Shown piece after piece: positions 29,800 to 39,337 of a stretch of 64,000 bases of DNA; the first letter of the stretch is position 1, and each line of letters begins with the position of its first letter. The notes under the pieces are model-generated. The model made no database searches. It had not been told where the DNA came from and saw only the letters and a program-made list of their open reading frames with translations. A program made the translations under genes and the position numbers. The DNA comes from Bacillota bacterium (GTDB lineage: Bacteria > Bacillota > Clostridia > Acetivibrionales > DTU013), in the NCBI GenBank assembly GCA_023409735.1, contig JAEYRB010000063.1, positions 67,307-131,306 on the forward strand, written 5' to 3'.

Positions 29800-31227
29800 A
29801 TGAGAGAAAAATATGTGCGTTCCGGTAGGTTAGGTGGCGGCTTTCGCAGGAAATTCATCGGTGACCGCGCATTTTATAAAGCAGTAATAACGCTGGTTTT
29901 ACCTGTAGTTATACAGAACATTATTTCTAATTTTGTTAATCTGCTTGACAATATTATGGTTGGGCAGATAGGAACTTTACAGATGTCAGGAGTTGCCATA
30001 GTCAACCAGCTCATGTTTGTATTTAATCTGACCATATTCGGAGGACTTGCCGGTCCCGGTATATTTGGTGCCCAGTTTTATGGTGCTGGAGATAACAAAG
30101 GGATTCGCAGCACATTTCGCTTTAAAATATGGATTGCTGTTGCTATTTTTGTTGCAGGTATTGCTATATTATTATCAAATGGCAGCAGCCTGATTGAACT
30201 TTACCTTAAGGGAGAGGGCACAGCGGCCGACGCTGCTGCAATTCTTGAGTTTGGCAAGGAATATTTACAAGTAATGTTATGGGGCTTACTACCCTTTGCC
30301 ATTTCACAGGTGTACAGCGGAACTCTGCGCGAGACCGGCGAGACTGTTCTTCCAATGAAGGCCAGTATTGCAGCTGTTTTTATAAACCTATGTCTAAATT
30401 ATATTTTGATATACGGTAAAATAGGTTTCCCGGTGATGGGCGTAAGGGGCGCTGCGATTGCCACAGTGATTTCACGTTATGCTGAGCTGGGTATAATCTT
30501 AATATACACTCACAAACATATTAGAAGATTTCCGTATATGGAAGGAGTATACCGTTCATTAAAAATTCCGGTCAAGCTTTCACTGAGTATAGCTAAAAAA
30601 GGTTTTCCACTGCTTGCCAATGAACTTCTTTGGTCTATGGGAATGACTACGCTCACACAGATATTCTCCACCTGTGGACTCAATGTAGTGGCAGGACTTA
30701 ATATTTCCAGCACAATAACTAATTTGTTCAACGTTTTCTTCGTGTCCATGGGTATTGCGGTTTCCGTAATGATCGGGCAATATCTGGGAGCAGGTGAAAT
30801 CAAGCAGGCAAAGGAATGTGTATGGAAGCTTATTTTTTTTAGCGTCTGTATAAGTCTCGTTATCGGAGGTATACTTGCCGCTGCATCTCCTGTGATACCT
30901 CGAATTTATAATACCACTGATGATGTGCGTAGACTGGCAACCTATTTCATGCTTACGGGCGCAGTATATATGGCGTTCAACTCTATAACACATTGCTGCT
31001 ACTTTGCATTCCGTTCAGGAGGTAAGACCTTTGCTACCTTTTTGTTTGATAGCGTATATACGTGGGTTGTCTGCGTACCATTCACATACGTTATAGTAAA
31101 TTTTACAGGGCTTAACATCATGGTATTATACCCGATCTGCTATTTTACTGATGTTATAAAAAGCATTGTTGGAATTCTTATGCTGCGCACAGGCTTCTGG
31201 GCACAGAATATTGTTTCTGATAAGTAG
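29800..31227 (+). CDS. MATE family efflux transporter
   Basis: It is a 12-TM protein with the N-terminal LPVVIQNIISNFVNLLDNIMVGQIG typical of MATE/NorM-like pumps. The RBS is GGAGGAG. Confidence 0.85.
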   Translation: MREKYVRSGRLGGGFRRKFIGDRAFYKAVITLVLPVVIQNIISNFVNLLDNIMVGQIGTLQMSGVAIVNQLMFVFNLTIFGGLAGPGIFGAQFYGAGDNKGIRSTFRFKIWIAVAIFVAGIAILLSNGSSLIELYLKGEGTAADAAAILEFGKEYLQVMLWGLLPFAISQVYSGTLRETGETVLPMKASIAAVFINLCLNYILIYGKIGFPVMGVRGAAIATVISRYAELGIILIYTHKHIRRFPYMEGVYRSLKIPVKLSLSIAKKGFPLLANELLWSMGMTTLTQIFSTCGLNVVAGLNISSTITNLFNVFFVSMGIAVSVMIGQYLGAGEIKQAKECVWKLIFFSVCISLVIGGILAAASPVIPRIYNTTDDVRRLATYFMLTGAVYMAFNSITHCCYFAFRSGGKTFATFLFDSVYTWVVCVPFTYVIVNFTGLNIMVLYPICYFTDVIKSIVGILMLRTGFWAQNIVSDK

Positions 31228-31569
31228 GAGGCAGGGTAAACAGAACACAGCAACGTTAGGCATAGCTGATTGCTGCAGCTGACATTGAGTGGCATAAGTA
31301 TACCATTATTAGAGGCTTGATTTGTTATTTAGTTTAACTTAAACCTCTAGTGACTTGATATTCTTTTATCAAAAGCCAAAAAGACCAGATAAGTTAAAAA
31401 GCCCAAATAAACCAAAAAGAACTTAACCTAGCAACCATGAAAACAGTAACAGTCTGCGAAACAAAAATAAAAGGTTAGAAACTTTTTTAAATTAAAGATA
31501 AACCTATACACTTTTCTGCAAGTATATAGTAGTATATTAATAATTTTACGAAATAAGTGAGGAAGACAT

Positions 31570-32064
31570 ATGATATTATATATTAGACAAAAGGTGTTTT
31601 CATGGAATACCCGTTTTACAGTTAAAGATGAAAACGGTAACGATAAGTATTATGTTGAAGGTGAAATCTTTTCATGGGGCAAAAAGCTTCATATTTACGA
31701 TATGACCGGTAATGAAGTTGCATTTATACATCAAAAGGTATTCAGCTTTCTACCCAGGTATTTTGTCTTCATTGACGGACAGCAGGTGGCTGAAATAGTG
31801 AAGGAGTTTTCATTTTTTAAACCCAGATATTCAATAACAGGCCTCGGGTGGGATATTAAAGGAAATATTTGGGCACATGATTATAATATTGAAAAGAACA
31901 ACAGGTCAATAGTTTCTATCAGAAAAGAATGGTTTACATGGGGAGATTGCTATACGCTTGATATTACTAATCAAGAAGATGAGATCATTGCTATGTCAGT
32001 GGTCCTTACCATTGACTGTGTAATGGCAGCACAGGGTTCAGCAGCAGGTTCAGCTAACACATAA
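31570..32064 (+). CDS. LURP-one-related / YxjI-like (tubby C-terminal-like fold) protein
   Basis: MILYIRQKVFSWNTRFTVKDENGNDKYYVEGEIFSWGKKLHIYDMTGNEVAFIHQKVFSFLPRY matches the PF04525/YxjI repeat pattern. Confidence 0.7.
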   Translation: MILYIRQKVFSWNTRFTVKDENGNDKYYVEGEIFSWGKKLHIYDMTGNEVAFIHQKVFSFLPRYFVFIDGQQVAEIVKEFSFFKPRYSITGLGWDIKGNIWAHDYNIEKNNRSIVSIRKEWFTWGDCYTLDITNQEDEIIAMSVVLTIDCVMAAQGSAAGSANT

Positions 32065-32236
32065 GCTTCGATATGGCTTTTCTATGTATAGCAGCAGGCT
32101 CAGCTAACACATAAGCCTCAAGGTAGCTTAATATGTTGGATATGCCTGATAAATTTACCTAGCAGACTTTCTTGTGATACATGAATTATATCAAAGTGAC
32201 ATGCTTGGGAACCAATGTTGAATACTTTTTAATCCG

Positions 32237-32272
32237 TACTATGATTGTGCATAAATATGCATAATCATAGTA
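32237..32272. promoter_or_regulatory. 36-bp palindrome with TGCATAAATATGCA core (possible operator)
   Basis: TACTATGATT-GTGCATAAATATGCAT-AATCATAGTA has 10-bp perfect outer arms and an inner TGCATA/TATGCA palindrome. Confidence 0.35.
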
Positions 32273-32498
32273 TGAATATACTATACAGAACACATATATC
32301 AATGTATTATGGTAAACTATACAAGTAACAAACTACGTAAAGGCTTATTTTACACATTTGTTAGCAAGATGTTCGTATTCGAAGGTTAAAAATCAGGCGC
32401 CATCGGCAATTGACTAAGCTCCATGAACTGCTGAAGATGGCGAAAGAATGCTCTGTATAAAAAATATACATATTTTTTCGAAATTTTGAATATTTATA

Positions 32499-32528
32499 GT
32501 TGACAAATTCGTAATTGTGCTTTACATT
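32499..32528 (+). promoter_or_regulatory. putative sigma-A promoter of the amino-acid ABC operon
   Basis: TTGACA (32499-32504), an 18-nt spacer, then TACATT (32523-28). The -10 element is imperfect. Confidence 0.35.
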
Positions 32529-32544
32529 TATATTTATACAGAAA

Positions 32545-32564
32545 TTATGCATTTAATTGCATAA
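32545..32564. promoter_or_regulatory. 20-bp palindrome TTATGCA-N6-TGCATAA just downstream of the putative -10
   Basis: It has perfect 7-bp arms. It shares the TGCAT..(A/T)TGCA core with the palindrome exactly 300 bp upstream. Confidence 0.35.
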
Positions 32565-32600
32565 GTATTCATTAATGTTATATTAAAAGGAGAGGTCATA

Positions 32601-33461
32601 ATGAAAAAGATAATAGCTTTGATAATTGCAATAATAATGCTGCTTTCATGCAGTATACTCCTGACGGGATGCGGCGCTGATAAGGGAAGTAAGGGCGTAA
32701 AGGTAGTCGATGTTAAGCTCACAGAAGAGGAATATGCATTTGGTGTAAGGAAGGATGATGAAGACCTTCTTAAAAAGGTAAATGAATTCATTGCCAAGAT
32801 CAAAGAAGACGGTACATTTGATGAAATATGCAATAAGTATTTTGGTGAAGGAACACCAGAGGCTGTTCAGTCAGCAACTCTTGATGAATCAAAGGATCAG
32901 CTTGTAATTGCAACAAACGCAGGTTTTGAGCCATTTGAATATATGTCTGGAGATAAGTATCTCGGAATAGATATGGAAATTGCAAAGCTTCTTGCAGATT
33001 ACCTTGGTAAAGAACTAGTAATAAACAATATGGACTTTGATGCGGTATGTCTCTCAGTTGGACAGGGCAAATGTGACATAGCAATGGCAGGTCTTACTAT
33101 TAAAGAAGACAGAAAAGAGTATGTTAATTTCTCTGATAAATACTATGATGCAGCTCAGAAGCTCATAGTTAAGGCAAATGACACCAAGTTTGATAATTGC
33201 AAGGCTGCAGCCGATGTTGAAGCTATTCTCAAGGGCTTATCAAGCGACAAGAAGATAGGTGTTCAGCAGGGTACTACAGGACAGTTTTATGTTGAAGGCG
33301 ATGCTGACTGGGGCTTTGATGGATATGCAGCAACCTGCGTTCCATATAAATCCGGTTCGCTTGCAGTTCAGGATATGCTAAACGGCAATATTGATTATGT
33401 AATAATTGATGAAGCACCTGCACAGTGCATAACAGAAGCTACTAATAAGTTGAATCAGTAA
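32601..33461 (+). CDS. polar amino-acid ABC transporter substrate-binding lipoprotein
   Basis: The RBS is AAAAGGAGAGG and the lipobox is LLTGCGAD. The type-3 SBP core is present: LVIATNAGFEPFEY...GIDMEIAKLLADYLGKELVINNMDFDAV...GKCDIAMAGLT. Confidence 0.85.
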   Translation: MKKIIALIIAIIMLLSCSILLTGCGADKGSKGVKVVDVKLTEEEYAFGVRKDDEDLLKKVNEFIAKIKEDGTFDEICNKYFGEGTPEAVQSATLDESKDQLVIATNAGFEPFEYMSGDKYLGIDMEIAKLLADYLGKELVINNMDFDAVCLSVGQGKCDIAMAGLTIKEDRKEYVNFSDKYYDAAQKLIVKANDTKFDNCKAAADVEAILKGLSSDKKIGVQQGTTGQFYVEGDADWGFDGYAATCVPYKSGSLAVQDMLNGNIDYVIIDEAPAQCITEATNKLNQ

Positions 33462-33699
33462 AATGAAACAAGCAAAACGTACAAATAAATTTATTAATTA
33501 TATTAAGACCAAATAAAACATGCAATAACCCTGCCTGAAATAGTGCAGGGATATTGTATATACAAGGGAAGGCATTTGCGATATTGCCTAAACGAATACA
33601 GCAGCACAGTATATTGACTTGACACTGGGTAAACCCTGTAATATATTGTACTGCAGAGTATATACTCACAATATATCGCAAGTGCCCGAGGGGTAGCTT

Positions 33700-34410
33700 A
33701 TGGGAAACTTTGAAAACAAAATATTAGCATTCTGGAACGCATTTTATACTAACAATGGCTATACGAAGGTGCTTACCGGCCTGAGAAACACACTTTATAT
33801 TGCTGTAGTTGGCCTTGCAATCGGTATTATTATAGGTACTGTGATAGCTGTAATAGAGGTTTTTCCAAAATATAAAAGGCTTCCGAAGATACTTAACGGA
33901 ATATGTACCTTTTATGTGGGATTATTCAGAGGCACGCCTGTTGTGGTTCAGCTTCTGGTTATGTATTATGTAATATTGCCTCTGTTAGGCATCAGGATGC
34001 CGGCGTTGAATGTCTGTGTACTTGTTTTCGGGCTTAACAGCGGTGCATACGTATCGGAAATTATGAGAGGCGGAATTATGTCGGTTGATCCCGGACAGCT
34101 TGAAGCAGGAAGGGCTGTGGGACTTAGTTACAGTATTTCAATGCTCAAGATTGTCGTTCCGCAAGCTATAAAGAATATTCTACCTACGCTTGGCAATGAG
34201 TTTATAGCTCTTATAAAGGAAACCTCGGTTGTCAGCTTCGTGGGTGCAGCAGACCTTTATGTGGCGTTTAATTATATAGGAACGAACAATTATGAGTTTA
34301 TGGTTCCGTATCTTGTAATGGCTATAATTTATATTTTGCTGGTATTGCTTATTACTCTTCTTATTAAAACGATGGAAAGGAGCCTGAGAAAAAGTGATAG
34401 ACGTAATTAA
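33700..34410 (+). CDS. amino-acid ABC transporter permease (HisM/GlnP family)
   Basis: It contains [15 protein letters not shown] and the EAA loop [25 protein letters not shown]. Confidence 0.85.
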   Translation: MGNFENKILAFWNAFYTNNGYTKVLTGLRNTLYIAVVGLAIGIIIGTVIAVIEVFPKYKRLPKILNGICTFYVGLFRGTPVVVQLLVMYYVILPLLGIRMPALNVCVLVFGLNSGAYVSEIMRGGIMSVDPGQLEAGRAVGLSYSISMLKIVVPQAIKNILPTLGNEFIALIKETSVVSFVGAADLYVAFNYIGTNNYEFMVPYLVMAIIYILLVLLITLLIKTMERSLRKSDRRN

Positions 34411-35215
34411 TCTTAAGAAAAACTATGGCAGCCTTGAAGTATTAAAGGGCATTACGACTACCATTAAAGAAGGCGAGAAAGTCGCTATAGTAGGCCCTTC
34501 CGGAAGTGGTAAGAGCACCTTTCTCCGCTGTCTTAATTGTATGGAGGATCCCACAAGCGGTTCGATAATTTTTGAAGGTGTTGATCTAGCCGATCTAAGT
34601 GTTGACATTAATGTTCATCGCCGCCACATGGGAATGGTTTTTCAGCAATTTAACCTTTTTAACAACAAGAGGGTCATTGATAATATCATGCTTGCTCCCC
34701 TATACATAAAACAGCAGGGGCTGCGTTCAAAGAAGCTGAAGAACTTCTTCATAAAGCTTGGTAATGTGTTTGGAAGCAAGAAAGAGCTATATAAAATTGA
34801 TTTAACAAAGGCTGAAATAAAAGCAGAAGCAAAACAAAATGCTATGCGTTTGCTGAAAAGAATAGGGCTGGAGGACAAGGCAAATGTGTATCCATCGACT
34901 TTGTCCGGCGGTCAGAAGCAGAGAATTGCAATAATACGAGCCCTAGCTATGAATCCTAAGGTAATGCTGTTTGATGAGCCGACCTCGGCACTTGACCCTG
35001 AAATGGTCGGTGAGGTATTGGATCTTATAAAGCAGCTGGCTGACGAGGGCATGACAATGGTGATAGTTACCCATGAGATGGGTTTTGCCAAAGAGGTAGC
35101 CACAAGAGTATTGTTCATGGACGAGGGAAGGATCCTTGAGGAAAACACTCCGACAGAATTCTTTTCAAACCCGCAGAATCTCAGGGCTAAGGAGTTTCTG
35201 TCAAAGGTTCTATAA
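34394..35215 (+). CDS. amino-acid ABC transporter ATP-binding protein (GlnQ-like) with ~30-aa internal insertion
   Basis: It has Walker [10 protein letters not shown], signature LSGGQKQR, Walker [12 protein letters not shown] and the C-terminal EFLSKVL. It overlaps the permease gene by 17 nt. Confidence 0.9.
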   Translation: MIDVINLKKNYGSLEVLKGITTTIKEGEKVAIVGPSGSGKSTFLRCLNCMEDPTSGSIIFEGVDLADLSVDINVHRRHMGMVFQQFNLFNNKRVIDNIMLAPLYIKQQGLRSKKLKNFFIKLGNVFGSKKELYKIDLTKAEIKAEAKQNAMRLLKRIGLEDKANVYPSTLSGGQKQRIAIIRALAMNPKVMLFDEPTSALDPEMVGEVLDLIKQLADEGMTMVIVTHEMGFAKEVATRVLFMDEGRILEENTPTEFFSNPQNLRAKEFLSKVL

Positions 35216-35245
35216 AGAATGTTCAGGCACCATAATTAATAAAAA

Positions 35246-35281
35246 GGTATCAGGATGAATAAAATCCCGATGCCTTTTTTT
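35246..35281 (+). terminator. rho-independent terminator of the amino-acid ABC operon
   Basis: GGTATCAGGA (35246-55) pairs with TCCCGATGCC (35265-74), followed by T7. Confidence 0.75.
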
Positions 35282-35633
35282 AGTTTGCTCGCTTTTCATT
35301 GGTGTCAATATTAAACGTTTGGTCTTTAACTTTGTCATAGTATAACTTCGTTTGCTGTATTTTAATCTCATAAATAAACATAAATTGTATCACTTTGCAT
35401 TCGGCTGTCAAGATAGCTATAGCTTTTAAGACTATAAGACTTTATACCCAACATAGCGTATAATTGTCAGTGACCATTCGGTTATCAATATAATTGGTAC
35501 AAGTATGCAGAAATTTCAGGACGAGTTGTAATCTATTGTATAAGTTTTACGAAATGTAATTTTATGTTATTATATATTAATAGATACTGCCAGTAAGAGA
35601 CGCAAATAATTATTCCGGAGGTTGAGCAAAGGT

Positions 35634-36338
35634 ATGCTGGAGATTAATAACATTACCAAAAGGTATGGAAAGACACTTGCAAATGATGATGTAAGTCTTT
35701 CGATTAGTAAGGGTCAAATTGCTATATTGCTTGGGCCTAACGGCGCCGGTAAATCAACTATTATAAAATGTATATGCGGGCTGCTGCGGTTTGATGGAAG
35801 CATCACGATCGATGGCTTTAACAACAAATCTTTAGAAGCTAAGAGACTTTTGGGATATGTGCCGGAAATGCCTGCCATTTATGATATGCTTACAGTAGGT
35901 GAGCATATGGAGTTTATAAGAAGGGCTTACCGCATTGAAGATGAAGAATATACTCAACAGCTGTTGGAACGTTTTGAGCTCTGGGATAAGAAGGATAAGC
36001 TTGGTAAGGAGCTTTCAAAGGGTATGCAGCAGAAGCTATCCATATGCTGTGCGCTGGTTCATAAACCTAAGGTGATCGTATTTGATGAACCGATGGTTGG
36101 TCTTGATCCTCATGCAATAAAGCAGATAAAGGATGTATTCGTCGAGCTTAAGTCGGAGGGAGCAACACTTCTTATAAGCACACACATGATAGACAGTGTT
36201 GAGGACTATTGGGATGTTGCCCACATAATGATGAATGGAAAAATTGCTGCTAGTAAACAGAATAATAGCAGTGATCAGAAGCAAAGCCTTGAGGATCTGT
36301 TTTTTGAAATAACAGAAGGGGCGGTGGACGAGAAATGA
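35634..36338 (+). CDS. ABC transporter ATP-binding protein (ABC-2/exporter type)
   Basis: It has Walker A GPNGAGKST, signature LSKGMQQKL and Walker B VIVFDEPMVGLD. I preferred ATG 35634 (MLEINNITKRYG) over the track's TTG 35622, which abuts the GGAGG. Confidence 0.85.
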   Translation: MLEINNITKRYGKTLANDDVSLSISKGQIAILLGPNGAGKSTIIKCICGLLRFDGSITIDGFNNKSLEAKRLLGYVPEMPAIYDMLTVGEHMEFIRRAYRIEDEEYTQQLLERFELWDKKDKLGKELSKGMQQKLSICCALVHKPKVIVFDEPMVGLDPHAIKQIKDVFVELKSEGATLLISTHMIDSVEDYWDVAHIMMNGKIAASKQNNSSDQKQSLEDLFFEITEGAVDEK

Positions 36339-37930
36339 AGGGTTCATTGACCTATTTGCTGCTTACAAAGCTAAAAAACAGACTTAAGGCAATAGTAAAA
36401 AGTCCTATAAAAATTATCTTCACTGTTATTGTAATTGCACTTTTGGGCGTTACTGTGATCGGAGGAAGAGCTGATGCTGATCCAACAAGAAAGCTGCGGG
36501 ATATTAATGAACTTTATTGTATAGTATTTGGACTTTTTACAATGATGTTTGTTCTACAGGCTGCGACGGGATTTAACAATGGTGCCAGCATGTTTTCAAT
36601 GGCAGATGTGAACCTGATATTTACTGGACCGTATAAGCCGTATAAGGTATTGCTCTATGGGCTTATTCAGCAGCTTGGCACATCACTTCTACTTGGAATA
36701 TTCATCCTGTTTCAATATACGACTCTAAGTGTTAGTTATGGGGCGGGATTTGGTGCACTTTTATTAATATTTTTGGGATATGTGCTTACTATACTGCTGG
36801 GACAGCTAACGGCAATGGTTATTTATTCATTTACCAGCTCCGATGACGCTAAAAAGAGATTGGTGAAAGTATTATTCTATAGTATCCTGCTTTGCTTTGG
36901 AGCATATGCTGTAATTAACCTGCTTAAGGGAAAGGTTACATTTACTGCGGCAATTACTGTACTGTCTGATCGAGTATTCGATTTTCTGCCTGTTGCAGGT
37001 TGGATGAGCGGATTTGTTAAGGGAGCATTATCTGGCAACATCGCCCAGGTGGTGCTTTGTCTCGGTGGGGCAGCTATTTATGTAGTGCTTCTGCTTTTAT
37101 TCATTATTTTTTATAAAGCGGACTACTATGAGGATGTCCTAAAGAGCACAGAGGTCAGCTTCTCCGCTATAACCTCAGCAAAAGAGGGCAGAATGGGAGA
37201 AGCTGCTCCTGCTAATGTAAAGGTTGGAAAGACTGGTATTGGAAATGGCTATGGCGCTGAGGCTATATATTATAAACATCTTATAGAAAACAGACGGTCA
37301 CGTTTATTTATATTTGACAGGATAACAGTCATTTTCTCAGCAATGACTATATTGTTTTCGGTTTTTATGAGGGATATTGGTATTATTCCTATATTTGCAT
37401 TCTCAGTATATATGCAGATCTTTTCTGTATCCCTGGGGCGTTTTGTAAAGGAACTGACGAGACCATATATTTACCTTATCCCGGAATCACCGGTAAAGAA
37501 AATGATATATGCAATAATGGAAGCACTGCCTAAATTTGTTTTGAATGCAGCATTAATTTTCATTACTGTCTCTTTTATTATTGATTTGTCGCCTTCGGAT
37601 ACAATATTTGCAATATTGGCGCATATATCCTTCTCCATTTTGTTTACGTCAGGTAATATAGTAGTTGAAAGACTGTGGAGCGGAGGCAGCTCTTCAAAGG
37701 GCTTGGCATTGCTGTTTTATTTCATTGTGATTATTGTACTGGTGTTGCCAGGTTTGGCGCTTTCAATACTTATGGCCATATTCGGATCAGGAATACCTAT
37801 ACTTAGCGCTATTTCTAAAAACTCACTAGTCATGCTTTCTTTAATAATATGCAATATTCCTGTGGCATTGCTTGCGTTTTTCCTTTGCAGAAATATGCTG
37901 CAGTATGCTGAAATGAATAGCCCGTCATAA
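36335..37930 (+). CDS. polytopic membrane protein, putative ABC exporter permease partner
   Basis: Its start overlaps the ATPase stop (ATGA). It is 531 aa with at least 10 predicted hydrophobic helices. I recognised no other motif. The role is inferred from coupling to the ATPase. Confidence 0.6.
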   Translation: MKGSLTYLLLTKLKNRLKAIVKSPIKIIFTVIVIALLGVTVIGGRADADPTRKLRDINELYCIVFGLFTMMFVLQAATGFNNGASMFSMADVNLIFTGPYKPYKVLLYGLIQQLGTSLLLGIFILFQYTTLSVSYGAGFGALLLIFLGYVLTILLGQLTAMVIYSFTSSDDAKKRLVKVLFYSILLCFGAYAVINLLKGKVTFTAAITVLSDRVFDFLPVAGWMSGFVKGALSGNIAQVVLCLGGAAIYVVLLLLFIIFYKADYYEDVLKSTEVSFSAITSAKEGRMGEAAPANVKVGKTGIGNGYGAEAIYYKHLIENRRSRLFIFDRITVIFSAMTILFSVFMRDIGIIPIFAFSVYMQIFSVSLGRFVKELTRPYIYLIPESPVKKMIYAIMEALPKFVLNAALIFITVSFIIDLSPSDTIFAILAHISFSILFTSGNIVVERLWSGGSSSKGLALLFYFIVIIVLVLPGLALSILMAIFGSGIPILSAISKNSLVMLSLIICNIPVALLAFFLCRNMLQYAEMNSPS

Positions 37931-37952
37931 ACACAGAGGATGAACACAGAGG

Positions 37953-37995
37953 GAGCACAAAGGGACGGTTGAACGTCTCTCTGTGCTCTAATTTT
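37953..37995 (+). terminator. terminator hairpin containing a GGGACGGTT element
   Basis: GAGCACA (37953-59) pairs with TGTGCTC (37983-89), with inner GACG/CGTC pairing. It is followed by TAATTTTGATTTT. Confidence 0.6.
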
Positions 37996-38146
37996 GATTT
38001 TGTTGGAATCTGGTAATAATTTTGCATATCAACTTGGACTTTTTCAGCGGCCTCGGTGGGTTCATGGGTCTTGCTCCAGGAGCAGCTAACGATATTTATA
38101 ATAAAAAATTTGCTTTTAATTCATTTCTGATACTATGAAATTAATA

Positions 38147-39055
38147 TCAACCTTTTTCTGCTACAGGCATCCATAATTCCATATAGGTACCATCAGGTGA
38201 GCTATCGTAGTACATTTCAGGAGAATAAACATCCATTGTCAAGCTATGTTTTTCCAGCCAAAGCCCGCTATACTTAATAGCTTTATTGAGGGCCACAGTT
38301 ACGAGCCGTTCAAAATCCTCTGCTTCAAATCCGCAGACAACATATTCTCCGGCAGGCAGCTCCCATTTAACAAAACAGTTGTCTTGTGATCCCTGCTCTG
38401 CCTCTGCACCGGCAAAGTATGTGAAATAGCCTTCAGGCACATCTCCAAGATAAGCAACTCCAAGTTCACGCCCTCCTTTTACCCGGGGGATGAGCTGCTT
38501 TTCGCGGTGGAATCTCTCCCACACCTGACCCGGCATATCTACACCTGTAGCTTCGCCAAGCGGCATTTGCCCCTCAATTGGAATGATCCCAGTCACACCC
38601 ATAAAAAGAATTGGCTGCAGGAGCTTTTTGCGATTAAACTCCAGCACAAGACCATCACTGATAAGTGGGACACCTTCATCAATCATTGTGTAGTTCAGTA
38701 ATAAATCGGGTTTATCAAAATGATTGAGCATTACAGGATGTTCACGATATTCCTCCGGCGTCATTTTATAGGCTTCCTTGAACGCCCTTGTAAATGTTTC
38801 GTGGCTTCCAAAACCGCAATCCAGCGCGATATCTATTATCCGGCGCTGTTTATCAGCTAGCGATTCACAAGCGCAGGCTAATCGGCGCAGCTTTATGTAC
38901 TCCCGAACTGGCTTTTTAACAAGACGGGAAAACAACCTTTGATAATAAAAAAGTGACAATGCTGATTCCTTTGCAAGCCGTTCAATATCAAATTCTTCGC
39001 TGATATTTGCTTCAATATAATCCAATGTTTTTTGTATGGCCTCCCATGCGTGCAT
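38147..39055 (-). CDS. AraC-family regulator with GyrI-like effector-binding domain
   Basis: The ATG at 39055 follows AAGGAGGTG (track start is 39088). It has an N-terminal HTH (IERLAKESALSLFYYQRLFSRLVKKPVREYIKLRRL...GFGSHETFTRAFKEAYKMTPEEYR) and a C-terminal GyrI-like half. Confidence 0.85.
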   Translation of the reverse strand: MHAWEAIQKTLDYIEANISEEFDIERLAKESALSLFYYQRLFSRLVKKPVREYIKLRRLACACESLADKQRRIIDIALDCGFGSHETFTRAFKEAYKMTPEEYREHPVMLNHFDKPDLLLNYTMIDEGVPLISDGLVLEFNRKKLLQPILFMGVTGIIPIEGQMPLGEATGVDMPGQVWERFHREKQLIPRVKGGRELGVAYLGDVPEGYFTYFAGAEAEQGSQDNCFVKWELPAGEYVVCGFEAEDFERLVTVALNKAIKYSGLWLEKHSLTMDVYSPEMYYDSSPDGTYMELWMPVAEKG

Positions 39056-39284
39056 GATATGCACCTCCTTCAATATATAGATTACCACTGCTGCGATTTG
39101 TCCGCTTGACCCGTTCTGCTCTTATTAAGATGCTATTAAAGTATTATCATAATGTTCAAGCTAACTATTAAGCACCGGCAAACCCTGTTACAGGTAGTGC
39201 TTTCGTTACATACACTATACATGAAAATCTAACATATTTTATTAAGCCTTTTTCAGCGGCCCGGAACCGTACCCCAATGTTACA

Positions 39285-39315
39285 TAAAAAGCACAGGGGC
39301 TATCCCTCTGTGCTT
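39285..39315 (-). terminator. rho-independent terminator of the SulP gene
   Basis: On the minus strand, AGCACAGAGG pairs with CCCCTGTGCT (10 bp, one G-U pair) and is followed by TTTTT. A GGGGTACGGTTCC element (39275-39263) lies immediately downstream. Confidence 0.75.
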
Positions 39316-39337
39316 CCGAAGGTACTTATATTATGTG

